The translations under genes were made by a program, and so were the position numbers. A stretch of DNA of 50,636 bases from an uncultured Prochlorococcus sp. GTDB taxonomy: Bacteria; Cyanobacteriota; Cyanobacteriia; PCC-6307; Cyanobiaceae. Numbering within the stretch: the stretch's first letter is position 1; each line of letters starts with the position of its first letter. The DNA lies in the NCBI GenBank assembly GCA_902574405.1, contig CACGMX010000001.1:1-50636 (forward strand). Direction: 5' to 3'. A model generated the notes under the pieces. It did not search any database. It saw nothing but the letters and a program-made list of their open reading frames with translations, and was not told the origin of the DNA. Of this stretch, positions 1 through 11,374 are shown piece after piece.

Positions 1-1355
1 TTATATTTCCTATAATGCTGTTTAGAAGGAATCCCATCAATAAAAACGACTTGTGATGCTACAGGGTCACTACCTTGAATATGACTTATATCATAACCTT
101 CAATTCTTTTAGGTTGTTCGCTTAATTCAAGTATTTGGGCAAGATCATCAATTGATGATTCATTATCTTGTATCCCATTTAATATTCTATCTAATTCCAA
201 TTTCGCATTCTTTAAAACCATTTCTACAGTTTCATGTTTTTTATTTCTTTTAGGGATTAAGATTTTTACTTTCTTTTTTCTTAGCTCCGTTAACCAATCC
301 TCTATGGTTGCTTGTTTTGGAAGGTTATATTGAATAAGAATTTCTGATGGTATTTCTACAGGTTCAACATTCATATAATGCTCTTCTAATATTTTTTGTA
401 AAATAAGATTTTCATCTTCATTATTTAATTTTTGACTATAGCCAATTCTCCCAATGAGCTTACCAGATCTCATTTGGAAAATTTGTATACTAGCTACATT
501 TTTTTTTGAAACTATACCAAAGATATCTCTATTAATTGAAGAATCTGGTATTGATATTTTTTGTGATTCAGTTAATAATTTTAAACCTGAAATTTGGTCC
601 CTTATTTTTGCTGCATTCTCATAATCTAAATCATTTGAAAATTGCAGCATTTTGTTTTGTAAAAATATTTCTAAGTCATCATTTCTTCCCTGAAATATCA
701 TAGATACTTGTTTCATTATTTTTTTATAATCGTCAGATGATATAACTTCTTGGCAAACACCTGGACATCTTCCTATTGAATAATTCAAACAAGTTCTATC
801 TTTATAGACTGGCATTGGTCTTTGTCTAAGTGGAAATATTTTTTTTATCGTAAATAATGTTCTCCTTAATAATCCGACATCAACATAAGGTCCATAATAT
901 CTATCTAAATTATTTCTATTTCTTCTTCTTCTTGTAATAAATATTCGAGGATATTTTTCACTCCAAGTTATACAAAGATATGGATATTTTTTATCATCCT
1001 TTAAAAGAATATTAAAGTATGGTTTGTTTGTTTTAATTAAATTTGACTCTAAATTTAATGCTTCATATTCGCTATCTGTGACTATTATTTCTATTTCAGT
1101 TATTTGACGAACCATCAAACTTAATCGAGGAGTTAAATCTGAATAATTATTGAAATAACTACTTACTCTACTGCGTAGTTTCTTAGATTTACCGATATAA
1201 AGTAAGTTATTATCAATATCTTTAAAAAGATAACAACCAGATGACTTTGGAATTTCGGATAATCTTGATTTTAATAACTCCTTATTATTAATTAATTTAT
1301 ATTCAATTTTAAAATTATATTTGTTATTTATTTTTTCGATAGAGGAATTACTCAT
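1..1355 (-). CDS. uvrC: Excinuclease ABC subunit C (partial, runs off left edge; absent from ORF track)
   Basis: Manual translation from ATG at 1355: MSNSSIEK...LSEIPKSSGCYLFKD...LLYIGKSKKLRSRVSSYF...EALNLESNLIK...PYFNILLKDDKKYPYL, the GIY-YIG domain of UvrC. A CLNYSIGRCPGVC motif follows. Confidence 0.96.
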   Translation of the reverse strand, partial: MSNSSIEKINNKYNFKIEYKLINNKELLKSRLSEIPKSSGCYLFKDIDNNLLYIGKSKKLRSRVSSYFNNYSDLTPRLSLMVRQITEIEIIVTDSEYEALNLESNLIKTNKPYFNILLKDDKKYPYLCITWSEKYPRIFITRRRRNRNNLDRYYGPYVDVGLLRRTLFTIKKIFPLRQRPMPVYKDRTCLNYSIGRCPGVCQEVISSDDYKKIMKQVSMIFQGRNDDLEIFLQNKMLQFSNDLDYENAAKIRDQISGLKLLTESQKISIPDSSINRDIFGIVSKKNVASIQIFQMRSGKLIGRIGYSQKLNNEDENLILQKILEEHYMNVEPVEIPSEILIQYNLPKQATIEDWLTELRKKKVKILIPKRNKKHETVEMVLKNAKLELDRILNGIQDNESSIDDLAQILELSEQPKRIEGYDISHIQGSDPVASQVVFIDGIPSKQHYRKY

Positions 1356-1364
1356 TTATAATGA

Positions 1365-1853
1365 TTAACCTCCATAATTCCAGCCAGTTGAAGATAAATT
1401 TAGTGAGTCAACATCATTATTCAGATAAGCAGATTGAACCTCTCCTACAAAAACGGTATGGTCTCCATGCATAACACTTCCAACAACATTACATTCAACA
1501 CCACCAACACTATCAACTAAAATAGGCAATCCAAGCTGACCTAAATTAAATTCAACAGATTCAAATCTACCTCCTAATGCTTTTTGAGGTTTAAAGAAAA
1601 CAGCTGCTAGATCCTTTTGATCACTTTTGAGCACATTTAATGAGAACTTATTGGTTGACTTTATTATTTCATGACTAGAACCCTCTGCTCTAACAGCCAT
1701 TACAACTAATGGTGGGGTGAAAGAACCTTGAGTCACCCAACTTGCAGTAAATCCATTGACTTCATTTTTATCCTCGTCTCTAACGCCACAAATAAATAAT
1801 CCGTGAGGTATTTTTCTTAATAAGATTTTTTTTGCTTCTAGATTTAATGTCAT
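1365..1853 (-). CDS. Flavin reductase-like FMN-binding protein
   Basis: NGFTASWVTQGSFTPPLV and GDHTVFVGEV motifs of the flavin reductase family. Confidence 0.85.
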   Translation of the reverse strand: MTLNLEAKKILLRKIPHGLFICGVRDEDKNEVNGFTASWVTQGSFTPPLVVMAVRAEGSSHEIIKSTNKFSLNVLKSDQKDLAAVFFKPQKALGGRFESVEFNLGQLGLPILVDSVGGVECNVVGSVMHGDHTVFVGEVQSAYLNNDVDSLNLSSTGWNYGG

Positions 1854-1912
1854 AATTGATTTATCTAATAATCTTATTTTAACTAAATTTCTTATTCGAT
1901 CATAATAAATTC

Positions 1913-2386
1913 ATGAAAATTCTTTATCCAGGTACATTTGATCCTTTAACAAATGGGCATCTTGATTTAATAGAAAGGGCTGAAAAAATATTTGGCAATC
2001 TAGTAGTTGCTGTTTTAGAAAATACCTCTAAAACACCAACATTTAATCTTGAAAGAAGAATAATACAAATAAAAAATTCTCTTTCTCATTTATCTAATAT
2101 TGAAGTTATTTCTTATTCTGGTCTAACAGTTGATTGTGCAAATGAGCTAAAAGCTAATCTTATTCTTAGAGGATTAAGAGCAATGAGTGATTTTGAGTAT
2201 GAACTTCAGATTGCTCATACAAATAAATCTCTTAATAATGATATTGAAACTATATTTTTATCGACAAATACAAATTATAGTTTTCTTAGTAGTTCTTTAG
2301 TAAAAGAAGTTGCAAAATTTGGTGGTGAAATTAATCACATGGTACCCCCCTCTGTTGAGAGGGATTTAAAAGAATATTTTAAATAA
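1913..2386 (+). CDS. coaD: Phosphopantetheine adenylyltransferase
   Basis: [31 protein letters not shown]. Confidence 0.97.
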   Translation: MKILYPGTFDPLTNGHLDLIERAEKIFGNLVVAVLENTSKTPTFNLERRIIQIKNSLSHLSNIEVISYSGLTVDCANELKANLILRGLRAMSDFEYELQIAHTNKSLNNDIETIFLSTNTNYSFLSSSLVKEVAKFGGEINHMVPPSVERDLKEYFK

Positions 2387-2394
2387 TATTTTTG

Positions 2395-3618
2395 TTAACA
2401 AGATTTCAAGTAATAAAGATCATGTAATAATTTAAAAGCTTTTTCTTTATCAATTATATTAGAATTTTGGATAATGCTTATAATTATTGGCTTTTCATTT
2501 TTATATAAAAAGCCAGATAATGCAAAGACATTTGAAAGAGTCCCAGTTTTACCAAAAAACTTTCCAGACAATTCACTATTTACAAATCTTTTAGCTAATG
2601 TTCCTCTCACTCCCGTAATTGAAAGTGTAGATTGATAAGCTTTAAAATCATTAAAATATCTCATTTTATCTAAAAACATTACAACTAACTTTGTTGTAAT
2701 TTTATTTTTTCTAGACAATCCACTAGCATCTGCAAAGTATGCATTAGTTGCTGGGAGGCCTTTATTTTCAAGCCATCTTTTCAATTTTATATAGTTATTA
2801 TCGTTCCATGTATTTGAGGCATTTTTAAAAAGAGATTCAGCTGTAAAATTATGGCTTTCAGAATTTATTAGAGTTAATAATGAAAGAATTGGAGTTGAAT
2901 ATACTTTATTTATCTCTTTAATATTTTTTAAATAAAAAGTTTTTTCTGAATCAAAAAAATCTATATATATTTTTGAATTTGGAAATTTATTTTTTAAATA
3001 ATTTTTAATAAAATTTTTTAATGCATAAATATCGTCATATTTATTGTGATTACTTTCTATTGCAAGAGATGTAATTGGAGATCCATATTCGTAAAGTTTA
3101 TCTTTATTTGTCCAACCATTAGGCCAATATAATTTTGAATCAATTTCTAAAATATTAAAGTTAATAATTTTATTTTCTTTAACATTTGAAATTAGTTCGA
3201 TTATATCTTCATAATTAAGATCTGGATCACCTTGACCGTGTAAATAATAATCGTTTTTATTTTTAAATAAGGAAGTTTTTAAATTATTATTTAATTTATA
3301 TTTACTTAAAACATAAGCCGATGAGAATAATTTTTGGTTAGATGCTGGCAGCCTTGGAACATCCTCATTGTAGGAACTTATTATTTCCCCTTTATTATTA
3401 ATAATTGATACACTAAAAGAATCATCAAGTGTTTGATTCAATAAAGCATCATAAGTAGGACATATTTTGTTTTTAGTAATTATTCCCGGGAAATTAAAAT
3501 AAATACTATTCAAAACAGTTATTTTATGATTTGCTAGTAAATATCTTATTAAGAAAGGAGATGTTACTAATACAAGAACAATAAAGAAAAATGAATATAT
3601 TTTTTTTATCACATTCAA
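2395..3618 (-). CDS. dacB: D-alanyl-D-alanine carboxypeptidase/endopeptidase (peptidase S13, PBP4-like), compact form
   Basis: SxxK (PASNQK), GQGDP, SxN (SHN), DASGLSR, KTG (GKTGTL) and an N-terminal hydrophobic signal/anchor. Confidence 0.9.
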   Translation of the reverse strand: MNVIKKIYSFFFIVLVLVTSPFLIRYLLANHKITVLNSIYFNFPGIITKNKICPTYDALLNQTLDDSFSVSIINNKGEIISSYNEDVPRLPASNQKLFSSAYVLSKYKLNNNLKTSLFKNKNDYYLHGQGDPDLNYEDIIELISNVKENKIINFNILEIDSKLYWPNGWTNKDKLYEYGSPITSLAIESNHNKYDDIYALKNFIKNYLKNKFPNSKIYIDFFDSEKTFYLKNIKEINKVYSTPILSLLTLINSESHNFTAESLFKNASNTWNDNNYIKLKRWLENKGLPATNAYFADASGLSRKNKITTKLVVMFLDKMRYFNDFKAYQSTLSITGVRGTLAKRFVNSELSGKFFGKTGTLSNVFALSGFLYKNEKPIIISIIQNSNIIDKEKAFKLLHDLYYLKSC

Positions 3619-3619
3619 T

Positions 3620-4246
3620 CTATAAATTTACAAAAATAGATTCATTGTCGGGTTTAATTTCAAATTCTTTTTTAAAAAAATATCTTTTATTTTCTTCTTT
3701 GAAAAGCAACCAGTTATTTGGATAAATATGCATAAGAGCAGCTTTATTTAATGGCTGCAGAAAATAGATATTTTTCCATGTTTTGACAAAGTTTTTACGT
3801 CGCTCTCTAATAACACTTCCTATGCCAATATTGGCATCTTCAAATTTTGGATTTAATGAATAATGCGTACCTTGATAATTATCAGACATTGGTTCAAATG
3901 AATCGAAATCATATGGCTGAGGTAGTATCGATATCATTGCACTATCAATATTATTTATATTATTTGATTGATTAAATGATTTAAAAGTAAAGATTTTATC
4001 TCTGATATCTGGATAGTCTCTTTGAGCCAAAGCCACAGCACCTTGATCAGCAAATGTTATGAATACATTATTATTTTTAGACAATATCTTGTAGATAGTT
4101 ATTCCAATTCTATTAAACTTCAATCCTTCAAAATTAAATTCTATAGTAAATCTTTTATTTGAATCTAATAAACTTGGGATAATTGCATCCTCCATATTCT
4201 TAAGAGATTCATTTAAATCTTTAGGTAGTATGTAATTGGTTGCCAT
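3620..4246 (-). CDS. Conserved cyanobacterial hypothetical protein (DUF1995-like)
   Basis: Intact 208-aa ORF coupled to its neighbours. FADQGAVALAQRD, IGIGSVIRERRKNF and YFLQPL resemble DUF1995 (family from recall). Confidence 0.6.
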   Translation of the reverse strand: MATNYILPKDLNESLKNMEDAIIPSLLDSNKRFTIEFNFEGLKFNRIGITIYKILSKNNNVFITFADQGAVALAQRDYPDIRDKIFTFKSFNQSNNINNIDSAMISILPQPYDFDSFEPMSDNYQGTHYSLNPKFEDANIGIGSVIRERRKNFVKTWKNIYFLQPLNKAALMHIYPNNWLLFKEENKRYFFKKEFEIKPDNESIFVNL

Positions 4247-5418
4247 TAAAATTTGTCAATACATATTTGAATAAGTTCTAAAAATTTATCTATTTCTGAC
4301 TTATTGTTTATTGAACCTAAAGTAACACGAATATTTGAATATAGTTCATCATCTTTTAAACCGATATTTTTAAGTGTTGAGCTAGGTTTCCCAGATGAGC
4401 TTGAACAAGCACTTCCACTACTTATGGCTATTTTATTTTCTGACATGAAATTAACAATCTTATAGGCCCTTATAGGGGCAAATAGTTTATTTAATAGTAG
4501 AAAAGAAATATGACTGGGAAGTCTATGGTTAATACTACCGGTAATCTTTATATGATTATTATCTTTAATTTTTTGAAAAAAATAATTTTTGAGTTTATTA
4601 ATATTATTAGAAGGAAATTCAGTTATGTAATCATATAATTTTATTTTTCCTTCAATATTCTTTAATGATTCATACATTCCAGCGATTAATGGCAAAGCTT
4701 GTGTACCTTGTCTAATTGAAAATTCCTGAGTAAGTGATATGTCATTATTTTTTAAAATTTGTCTAGACTTTTCTTTTGTTAAAAGAATACCGATCCCTTT
4801 TGGACCTCCAAATTTATGAGCGGATAAACTTAAAAAATCACATTTAAGATCCTTCCAACTGAATATTCCATTACTTAATATTTGAGTTCCATCTAAATGA
4901 AACATTATATTTAATTCTTCACATTTGGAACCAATAAATTGGACAGGTTGTATTGTCCCAATTTCACTTTGTCCCCAAATAATTGATACAAGCTTAGTAT
5001 CATTGTTTAAAAATTTTTCGATATTAGAAATATTTAAAATTCCATCATTATTTACCGTCCATTCGTAAATATCCCAATTTTGTTTTCTTAGTTTATTAGC
5101 ACAAATAATTGTTGCTTGATGTTCAACATTTGAAATAACAACCCTACCATTTTTAAAGTTCTCATAAATATTATTAAATACAATATTTGTCGATTCCGAA
5201 GAACCAGATGTAAAAATTATATCCTCTGGATCTGCTTCAAATATATAAGCAATTTTAGATCTAATTTTTTCAAGATATGTAGAGCATTTTATCCCTAGCT
5301 CATATGTAGATGAAGGGTTATGCCAATAATTCCTATAAGTTGAATTAATTATATTTAAAACATTCTCAGATAATGGAGTTGTGGATGCATTATCTAAATA
5401 AATAAAATTATTTTCCAT
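4246..5418 (-). CDS. iscS: Cysteine desulfurase (IscS/NifS-like, class V PLP enzyme)
   Basis: IYLDNASTTP, NPSS, IIFTSG, PLP lysine in SAHKFGGPKG, catalytic Cys in SSGSACSS. Confidence 0.88.
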   Translation of the reverse strand: MENNFIYLDNASTTPLSENVLNIINSTYRNYWHNPSSTYELGIKCSTYLEKIRSKIAYIFEADPEDIIFTSGSSESTNIVFNNIYENFKNGRVVISNVEHQATIICANKLRKQNWDIYEWTVNNDGILNISNIEKFLNNDTKLVSIIWGQSEIGTIQPVQFIGSKCEELNIMFHLDGTQILSNGIFSWKDLKCDFLSLSAHKFGGPKGIGILLTKEKSRQILKNNDISLTQEFSIRQGTQALPLIAGMYESLKNIEGKIKLYDYITEFPSNNINKLKNYFFQKIKDNNHIKITGSINHRLPSHISFLLLNKLFAPIRAYKIVNFMSENKIAISSGSACSSSSGKPSSTLKNIGLKDDELYSNIRVTLGSINNKSEIDKFLELIQICIDKF

Positions 5419-6278
5419 TAATTTACTAACATTGATCCTGAGAAAACCTTTTTAGCATTACCAGTCATCATTACTTCACAATCGTCTTTTGACCAATCAA
5501 TTTTAAGATTACCTCCTGGTAAGGTTACTATGGTTTGTGAATTACAAAGGCCTAATTTATAAGCTGCCACATGGATAGCACAGGCACCTGTTCCACAAGC
5601 TAAGGTTGGTCCTGCACCCCTTTCCCATACTTTTACTTTAATATTATCTCTATTTAAAATTTGACAAAAATGCACATTAGTTTTTTCAGGAAATAATTCA
5701 TTTTTTTCAAATATAGGACCAAGGCTGTAAAGAACAATTGACTCTATGTCTTTTACAAAGAATATTAAATGAGGATTTCCCATGCCTACGGCATAACCCA
5801 TATTATTAAAATCTTTCTCAATAAATTCGTGTGAAGGAATTGAATTTATTTTTTTTTCAATTTTTGTTGGAATATTTTGACATTCTAAAATTGGAACTCC
5901 CATTTTTACTGTAATTTCGTCATTTATATATTTTGCAATTTTTAAACCTGCTTTAGTCTCAATTTTATATTCTATATTTTTATTATTTATTGAATCATTT
6001 ACGTGGAGATACTCAACTAAACACCTAATTCCATTTCCACACATTTGTGCTTCAGAACCATCAGAATTAAAAATTATCATTTTTGCATAATTATCTTCAT
6101 TAGGTTCTTCTATAAAAATCACACCATCTGCTCCAACACCAAATTGCCTGTTGCAAATTTTTTTTATATCAAATATTTTATTTGTCTTGTAATTTTTATA
6201 TAATTCATTTCCTCTAGAATCTATTATCACGAAATCATTTCCGTTACCTTGATATTTTTCAAAAGTTATATTTTTCAT
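5418..6278 (-). CDS. dapF: Diaminopimelate epimerase
   Basis: GNGNDF, MCGNGIRC, MGNPH, ERGAGPTLACGTGACA. Confidence 0.97.
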   Translation of the reverse strand: MKNITFEKYQGNGNDFVIIDSRGNELYKNYKTNKIFDIKKICNRQFGVGADGVIFIEEPNEDNYAKMIIFNSDGSEAQMCGNGIRCLVEYLHVNDSINNKNIEYKIETKAGLKIAKYINDEITVKMGVPILECQNIPTKIEKKINSIPSHEFIEKDFNNMGYAVGMGNPHLIFFVKDIESIVLYSLGPIFEKNELFPEKTNVHFCQILNRDNIKVKVWERGAGPTLACGTGACAIHVAAYKLGLCNSQTIVTLPGGNLKIDWSKDDCEVMMTGNAKKVFSGSMLVN

Positions 6279-6385
6279 TTGTAATTCATATATCTTAAAT
6301 TTTAATTATAAATTATTGCTTTTAACAATCTATTTCTATTTTATACAATGGATATTAAAATATTAATTTAACAAATAAAAATTAA

Positions 6386-8956
6386 GTGATTTCTTCCGAT
6401 AAACAATATGTGGCTGATACCAATTTATATAATCCATCTGAAATAGAAAAAAAATGGCAGTCAATATGGACAGAAAACTATTTATACAAAACCGATGAAT
6501 TAACTGAGAATAGCGATAAATTTTATGCGTTATCAATGTTTCCCTACCCTTCAGGAAACCTTCATATGGGACATGTTAGGAATTATGTTATTACAGACTT
6601 AATAGCTCGATTCCAAAGGTTTAAGGGTAAATCAGTCTTACATCCAATGGGTTGGGACGCTTTTGGTTTGCCTGCTGAAAATGCTGCGATTGAAAGAGGA
6701 ATTAGTCCAAGTGTCTGGACTAAAAAAAATATTTCTCATATGAAGTCACAATTAAAGCTTTTGGGACTATCAGTTGATTGGGATAGGGAATTTGCAACAT
6801 GTGATGAAAATTATTATATTTGGACTCAATATCTATTTTTAGAGTTATACAAGGCAGGTCTTGTATATCAAAAGGAATCAGAAGTTAATTGGGATCCTAT
6901 AGATAATACAGTCTTAGCGAATGAACAAGTTGACTCAGAGGGTAAATCTTGGAGATCTGGGGCAGTAGTTGAAAAAAAACTATTAAAGCAATGGTTTTTA
7001 AGAATTACTAATTATGCGGATGAGTTATTGAACGATTTAGAAAAATTAGATAACTGGCCAGAAAGAGTAAAAATAATGCAAGATAATTGGATTGGAAAGT
7101 CAATTGGTGCAAATATTAATTTCAATATCAATACCAATCCAGAAAAGAAAATAACTGTATTTACAACAAGGCCAGATACTTTATTTGGAGTTACTTATTT
7201 AGCAATTTCTGTTAATCATTCATTAATTAAAAAAATTACTGATCAAGAAACCATACAAGATATAGAAAATCTTAAACAATATTTGAAAAATAATAAAAAT
7301 AATGAACTTGAAAAAATTGGAATAAAAACTAGCTTAGTAGCAATAAATCCAGTTAATTCTGAACCTATACCTATTTGGGTGGCTAGTTATGTTCTTGATG
7401 AATACGGTACAGGTGCTGTTATGGGTGTACCTGCTCATGATTTAAGGGATTTTGAGTTTGCTAAGAAAAACAATATAGATATTAAACAGGTAATAGTAAA
7501 GGATAAAAGTGAACAAAGTAAGAAGGTTGATAATGCTTATGTAGAAAATGGATATCTAATTAATTCAAATCAATACAATGGTATAGCAAATACTATTGCT
7601 AAATTAAAAATTGCAGAGGAGGGAGTAAATAATGGATGGGCCGAAAATAAAATTCAATATCGTTTAAGAGATTGGTTAATATCTAGACAAAGATATTGGG
7701 GATGTCCGATACCCATCGTTAATTGCCAGAAATGTGGAGCTGTTCCTTTAAACCAATCGGATTTGCCTGTTTCATTACCAAAAGATATAGAAATCTCCGC
7801 TAACAAGATTAATGCTTTAGGTAATAATAATAATTGGATAAATACAACATGTCCAAAATGTGGAATATCGGCAAGAAAAGAAACTGATACTATGGACACT
7901 TTCATGTGTTCATCTTGGTATTTTTTAAGATACCCATCATCAAAATGTTCAACTAAGCCATTTGAAAAGAATGAAATTAATAAGTGGTTACCTGTAGATC
8001 AATATGTTGGAGGAGTAGAACATGCAATATTGCATTTGTTATATGCAAGATTTTTCACTAAAGCTTTGCGAGATAATGAACTATTTGATATTGATGAACC
8101 TTTCAAAAAACTATTAACGCAAGGAATGGTTCAGGCTGCAGCCTATAAAAACAATAAAACTGGTAAATATGTTTCTCCTTCCGATATTACTGACTTATCA
8201 AATCCTACAGATCCAATTGACAATACCAAACTCGAAGTTCTTTTCGAGAAGATGTCTAAGTCAAAATATAATGGAATAGACCCTGAATCAGTAATTAAAA
8301 AATATGGAGCAGATACAGCAAGAATGTTTATATTATTTAAAGCACCGCCAGAAAAAGATTTAGAATGGGGAGATACAGATGTTGAAGGTCAATTTAGATT
8401 TTTAAGTAGGATTTGGAAGCTTTATATAAATTGTGCAAAAGATATAAATAGTAAATCTAATTCCTATCCAGATAAAGAAAAAAGTTTAATAAAGTCAATG
8501 AATATAGCTATAAAAGAAATTTCAAATGACATATTAAATAACCAATTTAATACTGCGATTTCAGAACTAATGAAGTTTTATAATTCATTATCAAATTCCA
8601 TTTATGACGTAAACAATAATTTAAAAATTGATGCTTTAAAAACATTTTGTATTTTATTGGCTCCATTTGCACCTCATATTGCAGAAGAAATATGGCATCT
8701 TATAGGATTTAAAAAATCTGTGCATTTAGAACACTGGCCTTCATTTAATGACGAAGCACTAAAGGAAGATTCATATGAACTAGTAATACAAGTGAATGGA
8801 AAAGTTAGAGACAAAGTAAATATTAATAATGATATGAGTGAAGATCAAATTAAAGAATTGACTCTTAAAAGACCTAACATTTTAAAATGGACTCAAGATA
8901 AGGAAATAAGAAAAATAATTATTGTTAAAGGAAAAATTATGAATATTGTTGTTTAA
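6386..8956 (+). CDS. leuS: Leucine--tRNA ligase
   Basis: [13 protein letters not shown] (HIGH), KMSKS, editing-domain [25 protein letters not shown] start. Confidence 0.98.
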   Translation: MISSDKQYVADTNLYNPSEIEKKWQSIWTENYLYKTDELTENSDKFYALSMFPYPSGNLHMGHVRNYVITDLIARFQRFKGKSVLHPMGWDAFGLPAENAAIERGISPSVWTKKNISHMKSQLKLLGLSVDWDREFATCDENYYIWTQYLFLELYKAGLVYQKESEVNWDPIDNTVLANEQVDSEGKSWRSGAVVEKKLLKQWFLRITNYADELLNDLEKLDNWPERVKIMQDNWIGKSIGANINFNINTNPEKKITVFTTRPDTLFGVTYLAISVNHSLIKKITDQETIQDIENLKQYLKNNKNNELEKIGIKTSLVAINPVNSEPIPIWVASYVLDEYGTGAVMGVPAHDLRDFEFAKKNNIDIKQVIVKDKSEQSKKVDNAYVENGYLINSNQYNGIANTIAKLKIAEEGVNNGWAENKIQYRLRDWLISRQRYWGCPIPIVNCQKCGAVPLNQSDLPVSLPKDIEISANKINALGNNNNWINTTCPKCGISARKETDTMDTFMCSSWYFLRYPSSKCSTKPFEKNEINKWLPVDQYVGGVEHAILHLLYARFFTKALRDNELFDIDEPFKKLLTQGMVQAAAYKNNKTGKYVSPSDITDLSNPTDPIDNTKLEVLFEKMSKSKYNGIDPESVIKKYGADTARMFILFKAPPEKDLEWGDTDVEGQFRFLSRIWKLYINCAKDINSKSNSYPDKEKSLIKSMNIAIKEISNDILNNQFNTAISELMKFYNSLSNSIYDVNNNLKIDALKTFCILLAPFAPHIAEEIWHLIGFKKSVHLEHWPSFNDEALKEDSYELVIQVNGKVRDKVNINNDMSEDQIKELTLKRPNILKWTQDKEIRKIIIVKGKIMNIVV

Positions 8957-10536
8957 GAATTTATTTTTTGAAAAACTAATGAATTTGGATTTGACCAATC
9001 GCCCTTTACTAAATAATTATCATTACCAAAACACATTTCACGGAGTATGAAAAATATAGATTCACTCACTGAATTATCAAATAATGATGTTATGTCATTT
9101 ATAGAATATTCTCCACCTTCATCTAATAAATTACTTACTTTTTGTTGATAATCAATAATATTTGCGGCTGCTTTCTTTCCAGCTTCAACTCCAGGTTGAT
9201 CATATGCATTTATATTTACCAATTCAGCGTAGAAGGATACAGCCCTTTCAAATAAAGCGATTAAGGCGCCTAGTGAAAAACCATTTAACTTTTCTAACGT
9301 AATAGTGATACTTTGCCTGTTTTCACTAGAGAGTGCTGATCTGGTTCCTTGCAAAAAACCAGAAAGATATTCTTTTGGATTCTCTTTTTCATCAAAAATA
9401 TTAGTAGATGGAGAATCTAATAATTCAATAAAAATACAAAAGAAATTATCAATACCATCTCTCAGTTGCTGAACATAAGCATGTTGATCTGTAGATCCTT
9501 TATTACCAAAAACGGAAATACCTTGATTAACTACTTCACCATTCCTATTAAATTTCTTTCCTAATGATTCCATTACTAATTGCTGGAGATATTTACTAAA
9601 TACCTGTAACCTATCTCTATAAGGTAATACGACCATATCTCTCTTTCCAATACCATCCCCAGTTAAATACCATGCAGATGATAATAATGCAGCTGGATTA
9701 TTTTTAAAATCACTTATACGTGTGGCTTCATCCATTAATGATGCACCTCTAATAAATTCAGATATATTTTCATTGATAAGAGCTAATGGAAGTAATCCCA
9801 CAGAGCTTGTAATACTAGTTCTTCCTCCAACCCAATCTTGCAAATTAAATATTTTTAGCCAATTTTCAGAAGTGGCTTTTTTAAATAACTTACTATCTTT
9901 CATAGTTATAGCTATAGCATTAGAATTCCATTCAAGAGAATTGTTATCGCAGTGACTTTTAATAATTTCCATAGCAATTCTAGGTTCAGGAGTACCACCT
10001 GATTTGCTTACTACTACAAATAATGTTGTTGATAATTTTTCAGATAACTCTTCTAACTTTTCGCTAATTAAAAAAGGATCAACATTATCGATATAAGAAA
10101 AATTTAAGCCACTAGAACACTTCTGCAGTGACTCTGTAATAAGTAATGGTCCTAACCCACTTCCACCAATTCCTATCCATAGAACATCAGTATACTGCTG
10201 ATTATTCTTATTCTTAATATCTCCATTTAAAATTTGTTTTCCAAATTCGCAGATTGCATTAATATCTGCTCTAATTTCCTCTCCTATTTTTGAAGAGGGT
10301 GAAATTGATGGATTTCTAAGCCAATAATGTCCAACTTGTCTATTTTCATCAATATTTGAGATTGCACCATTTTCTAATTCTTTTATTGATGAAAAAACAT
10401 CTATAAATTTATCTTCTAAATTTTTTATCTCTTTACTTTTGAAATTAATTTTGCTTATGTCTATCCAAATATTTAATTTTTTATCAAACCAAAGATAATT
10501 ACAAAATTTATCCCAAGAGTTTAAATCTCCATTCAT
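8953..10536 (-). CDS. pgi: Glucose-6-phosphate isomerase
   Basis: [42 protein letters not shown]. Confidence 0.97.
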   Translation of the reverse strand: MNGDLNSWDKFCNYLWFDKKLNIWIDISKINFKSKEIKNLEDKFIDVFSSIKELENGAISNIDENRQVGHYWLRNPSISPSSKIGEEIRADINAICEFGKQILNGDIKNKNNQQYTDVLWIGIGGSGLGPLLITESLQKCSSGLNFSYIDNVDPFLISEKLEELSEKLSTTLFVVVSKSGGTPEPRIAMEIIKSHCDNNSLEWNSNAIAITMKDSKLFKKATSENWLKIFNLQDWVGGRTSITSSVGLLPLALINENISEFIRGASLMDEATRISDFKNNPAALLSSAWYLTGDGIGKRDMVVLPYRDRLQVFSKYLQQLVMESLGKKFNRNGEVVNQGISVFGNKGSTDQHAYVQQLRDGIDNFFCIFIELLDSPSTNIFDEKENPKEYLSGFLQGTRSALSSENRQSITITLEKLNGFSLGALIALFERAVSFYAELVNINAYDQPGVEAGKKAAANIIDYQQKVSNLLDEGGEYSINDITSLFDNSVSESIFFILREMCFGNDNYLVKGDWSNPNSLVFQKINS

Positions 10537-10717
10537 TTTATATATTTGTTCTTTTATTTATTATTCAATTATATCTATACGAATAGTACATAGATTTGAA
10601 TCATTTAAATTTGTTTAAATTATTATCTTCAAATAAATATGTTTTTGAATATAAACAATTAAAATTGAGGGTTTTTTTTATTTCATATGAATTTATCATT
10701 GGATAAAATTAAAAACT

Positions 10718-11374
10718 TTGGATAGATCATTTAATTACATAATTTCGCCTGAGATATCTGAATTTAGGAGATTTTCCCCAAAATTAAAAATAGGTGTACT
10801 TGCTTCTGGGAAAGGAACAAACTTTCAGGAATTAATTAATCTCTCAGAAAAAGGAGAATTAGACATAGATATAAAAGTTCTAATAACTAACAAAGATGAT
10901 GCAGGTTGTATAAAAAGAGCTGTAAGTAAAAAAATACCTCACAAAATTATAAGAGGCAAAGACTTTCTGAATAAGGAGGCATTTGAATTAGAAGTTGTAA
11001 ATACTTTAATTCATTACGATGTTGAACTTGTTGTTATGGCAGGCTGGATGAAAATTGTTACTCCATTTTTTATTAATAAATTTAAGAATAAGATAATAAA
11101 TATTCACCCTTCATTACTTCCAGCATATAAAGGTGGTTCTGCGATAAAGGACTCTATATTACATGGTTCAAAAATAACTGGTTGTTCCGTACATTTTGTT
11201 GAAGAGGAGGTAGATAGTGGATCATTGATAATGCAAGCAGCATTGTCAATAAGAAATGATGATGATTTTGAATCACTTTCCAAAAGAATACAAATGCTTG
11301 AGCATAAAATCTTACCTCACTCAATCTCACTTGCTGGTTTTTTGATAAGAAGTAATTTTATGGAAAATTATTAG
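10718..11374 (+). CDS. purN: Phosphoribosylglycinamide formyltransferase
   Basis: VLASGKGTNF, MAGWMKI, INIHPSLLP, GCSVHFV..EVDSG. Confidence 0.96.
   Translation: MDRSFNYIISPEISEFRRFSPKLKIGVLASGKGTNFQELINLSEKGELDIDIKVLITNKDDAGCIKRAVSKKIPHKIIRGKDFLNKEAFELEVVNTLIHYDVELVVMAGWMKIVTPFFINKFKNKIINIHPSLLPAYKGGSAIKDSILHGSKITGCSVHFVEEEVDSGSLIMQAALSIRNDDDFESLSKRIQMLEHKILPHSISLAGFLIRSNFMENY

Noticed and set aside
10537-10717. AT-rich pgi-purN spacer with a possible 32-codon minus-strand ORF
   Set aside because: The peptide is low-complexity with no motif, and divergent promoters explain the space.
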